Positions 24,560 through 33,367 of a stretch of DNA of 58,857 nt are shown here, piece after piece. A program made the translations under genes and the position numbers. The DNA lies in NCBI GenBank assembly GCA_964623775.1, contig CAZUVH010000002.1, forward strand, positions 176,454-235,310. Direction: 5' to 3'. The notes under the pieces are model-generated. The model made no database searches and had not been told where the DNA came from. It worked only from the letters and a program-made list of their open reading frames with translations. The stretch comes from an uncultured Candidatus Saccharibacteria bacterium (GTDB taxonomy: Bacteria > Patescibacteriota > Minisyncoccia > Phycocordibacterales > UBA2100). Position 1 is the first letter of the stretch. The number at the start of each line of letters is the position of its first letter.

Positions 24560-26020
24560 TTATTTTCCCAGATCGAGCGTGTCGTCGATGCGGATTTGTG
24601 ATACAAATTCAGGGACGTGCGAGACGAGGATCATCGCTCCTTCGTATTCGTCGAGTGCTTTTGCGATCACGGGGATGTGGCGGAAATTGATATGGTTGGT
24701 CGGCTCGTCGAGGATGAGAAGGCCCGGCTTCATCAAGACAAGTCGTGCAAATGCCACAAGGCCCTTCTGCCCTTCCGAGAGATGTCCGATCTTGGTGAAG
24801 ACTATGTCGCCGGTAAGGAGAAATCCCGCAGCGGTCGCGCGCATCGTCTCGACAAATTGCTTATCCATCACCTTGAGAAGCACGTCGTGCACCGTGTCTT
24901 CGGGATTGAGATTTGAGAAATCCTGGCGGTAGTATCCGATCTTCACGCCTGGCAAAACTTCCGCACCCTCAGCTTCCTGATTCGCGATCGATTCGAGCAG
25001 TGTCGATTTGCCGATGCCATTGGGGCCCGAGAGGAGTAGGTGCTGCTTTTTTCGCAAGACGATTTTTTTCTTCTTGATCGTCGGTTTGTAATTCTTGATC
25101 ACTTTAAATTGCGAGATCGTGAGGATGTCACCGACCAGATCCGCTTGGCACGGAATCTTGAACGCATTGATCGTCTTGTCTTCGCGACGCACATCCACCA
25201 TCGCCTCTTCCGCTTCTTCTGCCTTGATGCGCATGCGCTTTGCCACCAAGCGGAGGTTGCCGCCTTTTTTAGCAAAGAAGTTCGCCTTCTCCTTATTCGC
25301 GATCGCTGTTTTCTTGAGCTGCGCATTCTTCATATTTTCTTTCTCCACACGCGCTGTGATGTCTTTGAGTACATCGAAATAGTTGCCGACATATTGCTCC
25401 ACCTTGTGAGTGTGCACATCGAGATACAGGACGCCCTGTGTAAAGGAATTGAGGAAATCCGCATCGTGCGAAATGACGATGCAGGTCTTGTCGTAGTCTT
25501 TGAGAAATTGTGTCAGATGCTCGATGCCTGCCTTGTCCAAATTATTGGTCGGCTCGTCGAGCAGAAGGAGATCCGGATTCTGGATGAGCGCTGCAGCGAG
25601 GAGGAGTCGTGCTTGCTGGCCGCCGGAAAAGGTCTTTACGATGCGATCGTGCATTTTTTCGTGACCGACAAGATTAACAATCTCCAGCACCTCATCAATA
25701 CGCGGATCGATGTCGTAGACCTTTTTCGGAAAAACTTTCTGGAAAAAATCGCGTACCGTGAGATCGAGTTCATTGCGTGGTATCACCTGACGACCCACTG
25801 CGATCGTAAGGCCGTGCGGGATATTGATGTCTCCCTCTTCGGGCTCTATCGCCCCGGTGATAAGGCCAAAGAGCGTGCTTTTGCCCGCACCATTTTGGCC
25901 CATGAGCGTATACTTCACGCCTTTGCGCACGACAAAAGACACCTCATCGAGGATCTGCTTGTTCGCGGTGTGTTCATACGTTACGTCTTCAAAACGTACA
26001 ACTGCCTCATCTCTTTGCAT
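24560..26020 (-). CDS. ABC-F family ATP-binding protein (two fused ABC domains, no permease)
   Basis: ATG at 26020 (track TTG at 26023). Walker A GQNGAGKST and GPNGIGKST. Signatures FSGGQQARLLLA and LSEGQKGLVAFA. Confidence 0.9.
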   Translation of the reverse strand: MQRDEAVVRFEDVTYEHTANKQILDEVSFVVRKGVKYTLMGQNGAGKSTLFGLITGAIEPEEGDINIPHGLTIAVGRQVIPRNELDLTVRDFFQKVFPKKVYDIDPRIDEVLEIVNLVGHEKMHDRIVKTFSGGQQARLLLAAALIQNPDLLLLDEPTNNLDKAGIEHLTQFLKDYDKTCIVISHDADFLNSFTQGVLYLDVHTHKVEQYVGNYFDVLKDITARVEKENMKNAQLKKTAIANKEKANFFAKKGGNLRLVAKRMRIKAEEAEEAMVDVRREDKTINAFKIPCQADLVGDILTISQFKVIKNYKPTIKKKKIVLRKKQHLLLSGPNGIGKSTLLESIANQEAEGAEVLPGVKIGYYRQDFSNLNPEDTVHDVLLKVMDKQFVETMRATAAGFLLTGDIVFTKIGHLSEGQKGLVAFARLVLMKPGLLILDEPTNHINFRHIPVIAKALDEYEGAMILVSHVPEFVSQIRIDDTLDLGK

Positions 26021-26063
26021 CAAGAGAACCTATCCTATTTTGGCCCAAAATCAAAGTATTGCG

Positions 26064-26786
26064 TCAGGCATTTGCATGAACGAGTGTCACGCTTGTCCCC
26101 CTTTGAGTCCGCTCCGTTTTGATGACCGCCTGCAGCTGCTTGGCGAGCGCACTGATAATACTTGCGCCAAGTCCGGGCTTGCCCACTTTTTTTACCGTAT
26201 CGGATTTTGCCACACCATCGTCGCTTACACTGAGTGACCATCCCTGTGGCGTTTTTTTATGTGAGATGACAATGTGGCCGGGCCGATCGTCGGGAAATGC
26301 GTGCTTCAATGCATTGATCACAAGCTCAGTCGTCACGAGCCCCATACTGATCGCGGTTGCCGACGGGACCTTTCTTTCCACTCCCACCACCTCGATCGTC
26401 ACGGGCTTCTTTTTGTCGACGACCGATCTCGAGAGCCATTTGCATAGATTATTGAGATACTCCTTCGCTTCAATTTCCTCGCCCGTCTCGACGCGGTCAA
26501 GATTAAGCTGTTTTTGCATTTCGGCTAAGGCAACGATGCGTTCATGCGCATCAATAAGATGCGGCCGACTCTCTGGCGTGACCTCCTCGGCACGCATCAA
26601 GAGCATGTTGGCGATGAGCTGCAAGCTATTGGCTATGCGATGCCTCATCTCTTTTATAAGCAGTGCCTTTTGCGCTATGAGCCTTTCCCTCTCGGCATCA
26701 AAAGCCACATGTGCAAGTCTTTGACGATTTTCTCGTGCAGCGTAAGGAGGGGCATCAGCTCTGCCCCTGGGAGCTTTTTTTGTCAT
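26064..26786 (-). CDS. soluble HWE/HisKA_2-type histidine kinase core (no sensor or TM domain evident)
   Basis: H-box EMRHRIANSLQLIANML, N-box ELVINALKHAF, G-box PGLGASIISALAKQL. The start is uncertain (ATG 26786, 26834 or 26876). The track start at 26915 lies inside the upstream terminator. Confidence 0.7.
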   Translation of the reverse strand: MTKKAPRGRADAPPYAARENRQRLAHVAFDAERERLIAQKALLIKEMRHRIANSLQLIANMLLMRAEEVTPESRPHLIDAHERIVALAEMQKQLNLDRVETGEEIEAKEYLNNLCKWLSRSVVDKKKPVTIEVVGVERKVPSATAISMGLVTTELVINALKHAFPDDRPGHIVISHKKTPQGWSLSVSDDGVAKSDTVKKVGKPGLGASIISALAKQLQAVIKTERTQRGTSVTLVHANA

Positions 26787-26900
26787 ACACCAGGAGCTTA
26801 CGCCGGACTCGTGAAAGTCAACTGAAAGATACATAAAATTTTCATCAAATTTCGATGAATCCCCCCTTATCTTCATGAAGCGGCGTTCTGGCGGCTTACG

Positions 26901-26931
26901 TACACAAACGGCCACCCCGTTGGGGTGGCCG
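26901..26931 (-). terminator. intrinsic terminator after the DoxX gene
   Basis: CGGCCACCCC-GTT-GGGGTGGCCG. The minus strand is followed by TTTGTGT. Confidence 0.65.
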
Positions 26932-26958
26932 CTCGTTGGAAACTCTGCAAACGAAGCC

Positions 26959-27384
26959 TTACATTTTCAGAAATTTCTTGTCGGCAGACCATGAGCCAGG
27001 TCCCACGACCAAGATCATGAGGGAAGCGGCGAGAAGGAGAAGGATGAATTCATAGCCACCGTTTTGCACGAAGAAGCCCTTGCCCACATGCACCGTGAGG
27101 AGCGCGACGAATGCGACGATCGCCGTCAGCTTCGCAGCAAGGCGGGTAAAGGCGCCCAGTATGAGTGCAGCGCCGCCGATGACCTCAACGCCGACGAGCA
27201 ATACCGCAAAAAGCGCGGGCGCAGGGAACTGGAGCGACGTGAGGAATGCGGTGACACCCGCCAAACCTCCCTCCCACTTTTGCCAACCGTGCATAAAGAA
27301 AACCAAACCTGTCGTTACGCGCAAGAAGAGCAAGGCGACATCGCTATGCTTGGCCGCCCACTCCCCCGTGATGATATTTCGCAT
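26959..27384 (-). CDS. DoxX family membrane protein
   Basis: 141 aa. LLFLRVTTGLVFFMHGWQKW plus four TM helices. Confidence 0.85.
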   Translation of the reverse strand: MRNIITGEWAAKHSDVALLFLRVTTGLVFFMHGWQKWEGGLAGVTAFLTSLQFPAPALFAVLLVGVEVIGGAALILGAFTRLAAKLTAIVAFVALLTVHVGKGFFVQNGGYEFILLLLAASLMILVVGPGSWSADKKFLKM

Positions 27385-27429
27385 GAATATAGTGAACTAT
27401 TTTATTAATGTATTCAGTATACCCCGTCC

Positions 27430-27461
27430 ATAAAGAAAGGCGCGCAGAGCACTGCGCGCCT
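27430..27461 (-). terminator. intrinsic terminator after the 27487 gene
   Basis: AGGCGCGCAG-AGCA-CTGCGCGCCT. The minus strand is followed by TTCTTTAT. Confidence 0.7.
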
Positions 27462-27486
27462 GAGTTGAAGGCGAATCCCGACGATT

Positions 27487-27900
27487 TTACTTTGATGCGG
27501 CTTTCTTGATCGGGGGATAGATGGACTGGATGAGATCGTTCAGTCGGTTCCCCTCGATTTTCATCTCATCGATCTTGTCATCGGGAACGACAACTGTATG
27601 GATCTTGATCCGATCCCGGATGGACTGCAAGCGCAGCGCATCGATCGAGAGTTCGTATGCCAGGATATGCTCACGTCTTTTCGCTATGACGAGATTGTAA
27701 CCACTGACGCACGCTTTCTTTGCATCCGCGGTCACTTGCGAACACGCCTCGTCGCGATTCTTCTTCGTGACCTCGATCGCTTGAGTGAGCTCCGCGATCA
27801 ACACTCGACACTTCGCCTCGTACTCCGCGTCTGTCATGGCGTACACAGCAGTACTGAGACACATGCAGACCAGTGCAATCATTGCAAGAAACATGCGCAT
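27487..27900 (-). CDS. secreted hypothetical protein
   Basis: ATG at 27900 with AAGGTG 6 nt upstream (track GTG at 27909). Signal peptide MRMFLAMIALVCMCLSTAVYA. Confidence 0.6.
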   Translation of the reverse strand: MRMFLAMIALVCMCLSTAVYAMTDAEYEAKCRVLIAELTQAIEVTKKNRDEACSQVTADAKKACVSGYNLVIAKRREHILAYELSIDALRLQSIRDRIKIHTVVVPDDKIDEMKIEGNRLNDLIQSIYPPIKKAASK

Positions 27901-27950
27901 GGGATTCACCTTTTTCTATTGCTCCACAACGGCGTGGAACTTCTATTACT

Positions 27951-27959
27951 ATTATACCA
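27951..27959 (-). promoter_or_regulatory. consensus extended -10 (TGgTATAAT) for the 27487-27900 gene
   Basis: Minus strand reads TGGTATAAT about 50 nt upstream of the ATG. This is a leadered transcript with an SD. Confidence 0.45.
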
Positions 27960-28022
27960 TATTTGACTATTTTATCAATAGCAGTACCTATCCACTGCCC
28001 AGAAAATGGCCTCAAATAAGGC

Positions 28023-28031
28023 TGGTACGAT
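28023..28031 (+). promoter_or_regulatory. extended -10 (TGgTACGAT) 6 nt before the ATG at 28038; leaderless design
   Basis: TGGTACGAT, then gtatac, then ATG. Confidence 0.5.
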
Positions 28032-28037
28032 GTATAC

Positions 28038-31000
28038 ATGTTCAAAAAGGGTGCTCTGTTTTTTACTGTCGCAACGGCTCTCCTTTTTACAGGTACTTCA
28101 GCAGTGTTCGGCGCTACAATGACAGGGCCATCGCTGTCTACGACAGGGTCAACAGCACCACTTAATTATAGTCAACTCACCTTAACATCTGCGCCCACCG
28201 CCCCTGCCCCAAAAGCGCCCGCCTATGACCAGGCTGCGGCAGACAAAATGTGTCCGCCAGTATCCGCCACTGCCTGTTATTTTTTGAGTAAGACAGCAAA
28301 CGTATGTGAACCGAGGGACGAGAAATGTTATGTACCGACGGCGAAGACAACACTAAAAGCGACCTCACTGTTTTCTCAGACTGCTGGAGTACTTGCTGCC
28401 ACAAGTTGCGTGGCTCCAAATAAAATGAAAAGGAACTTATCTCTAATCGCCTGTTTTGCGAAGGACACGACTGGCAAACAAGTGACTCAAGGACATTGTG
28501 TATATGAAAATAGATGTACAACTGAAAAGGTTTTGGCAAAGGTCATGGAAAACGGACAGATGGTTGAAAAATGGGTAGAGCCCGAGAAGGTACAAAATGT
28601 GAGCGTCGGCGGCGCCGTTGGCTCTTCAGGAGGTGGTTCCGTCTCGGGTGAAACACCAAAGGCTCCAGCTCCGCCGCCGCCTATCACTACTAATCCCGCC
28701 GGTGCTCCAGGTGACTACAAGCCGGCACCGGGCACGGGGACACAGACGGGTTCTACGCAGGCGCCTCCACCCTCGTCCCAAACTCCTCCCGACACCATTT
28801 CGAATACGGCGGGTAATGTACCCCAGGGAAGTATATCGGGATCTGCCCCAAAAGCGCCCGCTCCGGCTACTTCCGGTAGCATCACAGGTGCGCCCGCTGC
28901 GGCCCCCGCTCCATCCGCTCAATTCTCCGGATCGGCAGGTCTCACAAAGACGGGCAGCCTCCCGTCTACCGGTGCCCCCGCCGCGCCTACTACCGGCTCC
29001 AATCCCGCGTCGGCCGCAACCAATCCATCGCAGTACACGCAGCAGCCTTCCACCTTTGCGAGCGCAAATACAAAAACGGGCTCACCAGGCAACACTACCG
29101 GCTTTGATGGTTCATACTCATCGCCTTCTGCTGCAAGCCGAGCGGTCTCAGCATTCACAAGTTTTATTGCTTCGGTCGGCAGTACCATTGCTTCAGCAGG
29201 TAGTGGCGCCGTCGAGTACGTGAGGAACACCGTCTCTCCACCTCCATCTCCGAAGCCTGTCGTAAAACCGCTCACACTCAATGAAGCATTCCCGCGGCCG
29301 ATGCAGACAGGGTCAACGCAAACATCTACTACGAATACCGCCGCGACGGCTGGAGCGACGACCGCATCTCCCACTCAAATAAGTTCAGCGGGGACAATCT
29401 CGCGACAAATAATTCTTTCGACTTCTCAGCTCTCCCCCGCTTCTGGTGCACAGATGCCGACTAAAAACACTCTGGGTACGCCGTACACAGATCCTGATTT
29501 GATCGGGACCAATCATCAGGTCCGCAGCATGGACCTCCCGATTCCGCCGCAGACGTCGCAAGATGCGTCGGCAATTGACGGCGCTGGATCATATCAAGCG
29601 CAGGCGCGATCAGTACAGGCGAGCTCGGGAGGCAAACCCCTCCCCTCCAGTTCGCTTTCTGCCGCTCAAAATGTGAGGAATAGTCTGCCGACCGTTCCCG
29701 TCTCTGCAATAGATTATTCGGCGGATTACTCATCTCTCTGGTCGGAAAAGCCGGATGCTGCCGCAAAGAGGGCTGAGGAAGCGATGTCCGCGCTCTCACA
29801 TTGGGCGCCACCTTCAGCGATCACTGCAGGGACGCCGGTCGCTGCCGGCATATCGACATCGAATCTCGGCGTATTCATCAATACACTCGTCGGCAAATGG
29901 ACGCGTGGCATCCCCACCTCCTGGGAGCAGGCACAAATGGATCTCGCCATAGCAGAAGCGCAGAGCAACATGACCGGACTTCTCGCGCAGATCGATGCAT
30001 GGAAACTCGCGCAAGAGGTAAAGGAGTGCGATGCCGTGTGCGAATCTTCTCTGCAAGCCCTGGAATTCGGCCGGCCGATCCAGGAGGCGACCATTAAGAC
30101 CCTCCTGCAAAAGCGTGCGGATGCCAAATTTGCGATGGAAACGGCAAGGCCGTTCTTTAAGGGCAGCGCGCAGGTAGGAAATGCACTTGTGTCTTGCGAA
30201 GAAAGCGGCCTGTGCTCCGTGCAAGATTTCCCCAAGGCGGGGGCGGATCCCAAACCATCGGCAGTCATGTCGTACGAATATGCGACACGATTTATCGATG
30301 AATCTGCAGTGGTCCAGACGCCTGGTCCAACTGAGCAAAATACGAAACAACAGATCGAGGAGATTTCTATACGACTCAATCAACTGCAAAGTGTCCTGCA
30401 AGAAATGATCGCGCCACGAGCACAGGGGGCTTTGGCCGAAAATAGTTTGCCGCGACTCAATGCGGTACTGAGCAATGTCATTGCGAAGGAGGGCCTCGAT
30501 CTCTATACCGACAGCGATTACGACGGAATCTCAGATTACGACGAGATACACATATACGAAACCAATCCGCGCAGTGCACACACGGGCGGGTCCAATCTGA
30601 CCGACGGCGAACGCGTGCTTTTTGGCCTCGATGTACACACAAGTACCACCGAGCGCATCGCGGTAGAATCGCCACGCTTAGGCGGTGCGACGAGTACAAA
30701 AATCTTCGAAGTCTATTCAATTGATATCGCTACCTCCACGATCGACGCGGAGAGCAAACCAATCGTTCAAGAGACGACGATCACGGGCCGCGCGCTTCCC
30801 AATAGCTTCGTGACGCTCTATGTCTTCTCCACGCCAGTCGTCGTGACGGTCAGAGCGGATTCGCAGGGTCTCTGGAGTTACACCTTTGATATGGAGCTCG
30901 AGGACGGCGATCACGAATTGTACGTGGCTTCGATCGACTCAAGCGGTAAAATCATTGCGAAGAGTCCCGCTGTACCATTTTTCAAGCGCGCGACTGCCGC

Positions 31001-31169
31001 CGTATTCACGCCACTTCTCATGAACGAGACGCCGGTCACAGATCCACTCGACACGCTGCGCTATACACTCATCTCGCTCGCGATCGTCAGTATCATCCTC
31101 TTCGGGATTATCGGGATCGTAATCTTGGGATTCCGCAAGACGCGTCTCACAGAAAGCAAAGTGGCCTAA
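28038..31169 (+). CDS. giant Ser/Thr/Pro/Ala-rich surface protein with a C-terminal membrane anchor
   Basis: 1043 aa. Signal peptide. Hundreds of residues of S/T/P/A low complexity with the PKAPAP motif three times. Thrombospondin-type-3-like DSDYDGISDYDE. Ig-like segment ITGRALPNSFVTLYVFS..SQGLWSYTF. C-terminal TM followed by RKTR. Confidence 0.75.
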   Translation: MFKKGALFFTVATALLFTGTSAVFGATMTGPSLSTTGSTAPLNYSQLTLTSAPTAPAPKAPAYDQAAADKMCPPVSATACYFLSKTANVCEPRDEKCYVPTAKTTLKATSLFSQTAGVLAATSCVAPNKMKRNLSLIACFAKDTTGKQVTQGHCVYENRCTTEKVLAKVMENGQMVEKWVEPEKVQNVSVGGAVGSSGGGSVSGETPKAPAPPPPITTNPAGAPGDYKPAPGTGTQTGSTQAPPPSSQTPPDTISNTAGNVPQGSISGSAPKAPAPATSGSITGAPAAAPAPSAQFSGSAGLTKTGSLPSTGAPAAPTTGSNPASAATNPSQYTQQPSTFASANTKTGSPGNTTGFDGSYSSPSAASRAVSAFTSFIASVGSTIASAGSGAVEYVRNTVSPPPSPKPVVKPLTLNEAFPRPMQTGSTQTSTTNTAATAGATTASPTQISSAGTISRQIILSTSQLSPASGAQMPTKNTLGTPYTDPDLIGTNHQVRSMDLPIPPQTSQDASAIDGAGSYQAQARSVQASSGGKPLPSSSLSAAQNVRNSLPTVPVSAIDYSADYSSLWSEKPDAAAKRAEEAMSALSHWAPPSAITAGTPVAAGISTSNLGVFINTLVGKWTRGIPTSWEQAQMDLAIAEAQSNMTGLLAQIDAWKLAQEVKECDAVCESSLQALEFGRPIQEATIKTLLQKRADAKFAMETARPFFKGSAQVGNALVSCEESGLCSVQDFPKAGADPKPSAVMSYEYATRFIDESAVVQTPGPTEQNTKQQIEEISIRLNQLQSVLQEMIAPRAQGALAENSLPRLNAVLSNVIAKEGLDLYTDSDYDGISDYDEIHIYETNPRSAHTGGSNLTDGERVLFGLDVHTSTTERIAVESPRLGGATSTKIFEVYSIDIATSTIDAESKPIVQETTITGRALPNSFVTLYVFSTPVVVTVRADSQGLWSYTFDMELEDGDHELYVASIDSSGKIIAKSPAVPFFKRATAAVFTPLLMNETPVTDPLDTLRYTLISLAIVSIILFGIIGIVILGFRKTRLTESKVA

Positions 31170-31871
31170 TCACTTCTTGCGAATATCGGAGGCACTCCAG
31201 ATCTCTACGTGCTGCGAGGGATTTTCAGCCGTGAGATTGTCTACCACAATCTGTGCCACATCCTTTGGCTCCATGGATGTCTCATAATCACCGTGCTTAT
31301 CATCACCAAAGAGCCCTGTTTTCATGCGATATGGGTACACGCCGATCACTGAAATGCCCGTATCTTGTAGCTCGTCGCGCACGGCCTGCGTGAATCCTTC
31401 TGCAGCAAATTTGCTTGCGGAATATACGGCGCCGAGCGCCTTGCCCTTGAGGGCTCGTACCGAAAGTATATTTAAAATAATTCCGCTGCCGCGCGGTTTC
31501 ATGTGATTGATCGCCTCGATCATGCCATATGCGAGACCGAAATAATTTACCTCCATGAGGAGATGCGCGCGGCCAAAATCCACTGTGTCGACTGGCGTGT
31601 ACGCGGTCCAGATACCCGCATTGTTGATCCAGATGTCGATCGTGCCATACGCATCGATAGCGGCTCGGCCAAGTGCCATCACTTGTTCGCGATCTGTGAC
31701 ATTGCAATGCACCGGCGTCGCGTCGAGCTCCTTCGCGAGATCTTGAAGATCGGGACTGTCGATATCAGAGATGACGATGCGCGCTCCGCGAGCCGCGAGT
31801 GTGCGAGCGATCTGTGCCCCCAAGCCCCGCGCCGCGCCCGTGATGACAACCACTTTGTCTTTCAAATCCAT
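31170..31871 (-). CDS. SDR family short-chain dehydrogenase/reductase
   Basis: 233 aa. VITGAARGLGAQIA (TGxxxGxG) and catalytic YSASKFAAEGF. Confidence 0.9.
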   Translation of the reverse strand: MDLKDKVVVITGAARGLGAQIARTLAARGARIVISDIDSPDLQDLAKELDATPVHCNVTDREQVMALGRAAIDAYGTIDIWINNAGIWTAYTPVDTVDFGRAHLLMEVNYFGLAYGMIEAINHMKPRGSGIILNILSVRALKGKALGAVYSASKFAAEGFTQAVRDELQDTGISVIGVYPYRMKTGLFGDDKHGDYETSMEPKDVAQIVVDNLTAENPSQHVEIWSASDIRKK

Positions 31872-31881
31872 TTAGTGAATG

Positions 31882-31890
31882 ATTATAGCA
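31882..31890 (-). promoter_or_regulatory. consensus extended -10 (TGcTATAAT) 10 nt before the ATG at 31871
   Basis: Minus strand reads TGCTATAAT, cattcactaa, ATG. This implies a leader of about 3 nt. Confidence 0.5.
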
Positions 31891-31912
31891 GAGGGAAATG
31901 CTCCGCACGCAT

Positions 31913-31940
31913 AAAATCCAAGAGGCGACACCTCTTGGAT
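31913..31940. repeat. 28-nt hairpin repeat, copy A (AAAATCCAAGAGGCGACACCTCTTGGAT)
   Basis: 10-bp stem ATCCAAGAGG/CCTCTTGGAT with loop CGACA. Identical to 32646-32673 and in the same orientation. Confidence 0.9.
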
Positions 31941-31945
31941 TTTTT

Positions 31946-32620
31946 CTACAACTCCAAGGCTGCGTAGTATTCCCTCGCCTCACGCAATATTTCCCTAAAG
32001 GGTGGCAGCTCGCTTCGTAGGAATGCAGAGGAGTCCTCATCGAGCACCGCGTTCTCGGGGCGGGCGATCAATGCGTAATCGGGAAGGCTTGAGAAAGGAA
32101 ACGTACGTATCTGCTTTTCAAGTAATCTTATATTTCTCACCTTCCCCTTCTTCCATTCTGACTCGAAAATCTCAGCGGGATTGAGGTGAATGTATTGCGT
32201 GACCCGGTACAGATATCCTTCGGTAGGAATGTGTTTCGAGCGAAAAGGACGGACGAACAGATTGCCTATGCGGGAATATTTTTCATTGAAATACATCGAA
32301 TACCCCGTGCCGACTTTTTGCATGAACTTGGATATGCCGCCATCGGCAACCTCTTTCAAAAGAAGATGATAATGATTCTTCATAAGACAATACGCACCGA
32401 TGGCGACAATTGGCTCCGTCCGTCGAAGTTGTAATATTTCGCGGTGATCTAAATGATAAAAATTACCGCGCTCTATCGGTTTCGTGTCATTTGCCAGATA
32501 CAGCAGCTGAATGAACCGCTTACAGTCTTCCTCGGACTCGAATGTGTTTCGTTTATCGATACCTCGCGAGTAGCAGTGGAACCATTCACCTTCGGCAAAC
32601 GGGGTCCTTCGGTATCCCAT
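31946..32620 (-). CDS. Y1 (HUH) tyrosine transposase, IS200/RayT (REP-associated)-like
   Basis: 224 aa from the ATG at 32620. HUH motif CLMKNHYHLLLKE. C-terminal catalytic Tyr region YLYRVTQYIHLNPA. Confidence 0.8.
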   Translation of the reverse strand: MGYRRTPFAEGEWFHCYSRGIDKRNTFESEEDCKRFIQLLYLANDTKPIERGNFYHLDHREILQLRRTEPIVAIGAYCLMKNHYHLLLKEVADGGISKFMQKVGTGYSMYFNEKYSRIGNLFVRPFRSKHIPTEGYLYRVTQYIHLNPAEIFESEWKKGKVRNIRLLEKQIRTFPFSSLPDYALIARPENAVLDEDSSAFLRSELPPFREILREAREYYAALEL

Positions 32621-32626
32621 CACGGC

Positions 32627-32635
32627 ATCTTACCA
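32627..32635 (-). promoter_or_regulatory. extended -10 (TGgTAAGAT) 6 nt before the ATG at 32620; leaderless design
   Basis: Minus strand reads TGGTAAGAT, gccgtg, ATG. Confidence 0.5.
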
Positions 32636-32645
32636 ACCTCTCGGT

Positions 32646-32673
32646 AAAATCCAAGAGGCGACACCTCTTGGAT
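32646..32673. repeat. 28-nt hairpin repeat, copy B
   Basis: Exact copy of 31913-31940. Confidence 0.9.
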
Positions 32674-32677
32674 GATA

Positions 32678-32704
32678 CTAAAAGGCCGGACTCGCGGTCC
32701 GGCC
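32678..32704 (-). terminator. intrinsic terminator after rdgB
   Basis: GGCCGGAC-TCGCG-GTCCGGCC. The minus strand is followed by TTTTAG. Confidence 0.75.
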
Positions 32705-33322
32705 TTACGGTGAGATTTTGAATCTCTGTAAAAAATCCCTGACTTGCCGAAATGCCTTACCACGATGAGAAACGGCATTTTCTTCGGCAGTCGACATCTC
32801 CGCCCATGAAAGATCCTGACCCTGCGGGACGAAAAGCGCGCTATACGGCATCTTTGGTTGTGGCTCAACTCGCGGTGCCTCGAGCATGTGTCCCGCTACT
32901 TCTCCATTGAATACGTGCGTGTCACCTTCCGGAGATATCACCACGACCACGGTGCGAAATACAGCTGTTCGGTCCCTTGCCCCCAGAAGTCGTTCGAGAC
33001 AGTAGTTCATTGTCTTCTCGATTGAGGCGCCTTCACCTGCCCAGCGGGCTGCTCTGATGCCCGGTTCACCGTTCAGAGTACTGATGAAAAGACCAGTATC
33101 ATCCGCCATCGCCCAGGTTTTTTTGCCCGATTTTTCGTACGCAAACCAGGCCTTCTTGAATGCATTCTCCTCAAGAGTCGCCCCGTCTTCGACCGCTTCA
33201 CCTTCGATCTGCATCTCATCGAGCGTACGCACGCGAATATTGGAGCCTGAAAACAGCTCCTGTATCTGAAGGGCCTTGCTCGGATTTCGTGTTGAGAGAA
33301 TCACGTCCATTGTGTGCTCCAT
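32705..33322 (-). CDS. rdgB: non-canonical purine NTP pyrophosphatase (RdgB/HAM1 family)
   Basis: 205 aa. ILSTRNPSKALQIQELF, GEPGIRAARWAG, VSHRGKAF. Confidence 0.85.
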   Translation of the reverse strand: MEHTMDVILSTRNPSKALQIQELFSGSNIRVRTLDEMQIEGEAVEDGATLEENAFKKAWFAYEKSGKKTWAMADDTGLFISTLNGEPGIRAARWAGEGASIEKTMNYCLERLLGARDRTAVFRTVVVVISPEGDTHVFNGEVAGHMLEAPRVEPQPKMPYSALFVPQGQDLSWAEMSTAEENAVSHRGKAFRQVRDFLQRFKISP

Positions 33323-33367
33323 AACTCTTCAAAATCTACCTTGGGAATTTCCTTTAGCAAACCCGCT

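Larger units (their letters stand above)
31913..32673 (-). mobile_element. minimal IS200-like / REPtron-like unit: a Y1 transposase bracketed by identical hairpins
   Basis: A single Y1 transposase gene with its own promoter, flanked 5 and 25 nt away by two identical 28-nt stem-loops. No TnpB or other cargo. Confidence 0.55.

Noticed and set aside
25040-26122. 360-aa plus-strand ORF antisense to the ABC-F gene. Similar long antisense or alternative-frame ORFs occur at 54833-55702, 51964-52746, 34110-34958, 23697-24491, 10557-11354, 10699-11373, 43613-44284, 29726-30379, 233-808 and 28-507.
   Set aside because: Each lies entirely within a gene whose product has clear family motifs on the other strand or frame. 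Their translations are Arg/Ser/Leu-rich with no recognisable motifs, no SD or promoter and no terminators. They are typical shadow ORFs of moderately G+C-rich DNA.
31913-31940. Treating the two 28-nt hairpins around the Y1 transposase as ordinary rho-independent terminators only.
   Set aside because: Not fully rejected; both have short U-tracts on the minus strand. However, the upstream copy directly follows another complete terminator, and the two copies are 28/28 identical, unlike any other terminator pair except the 18605/18967 duplicate. I therefore favour transposase-associated end or REP-like hairpins.
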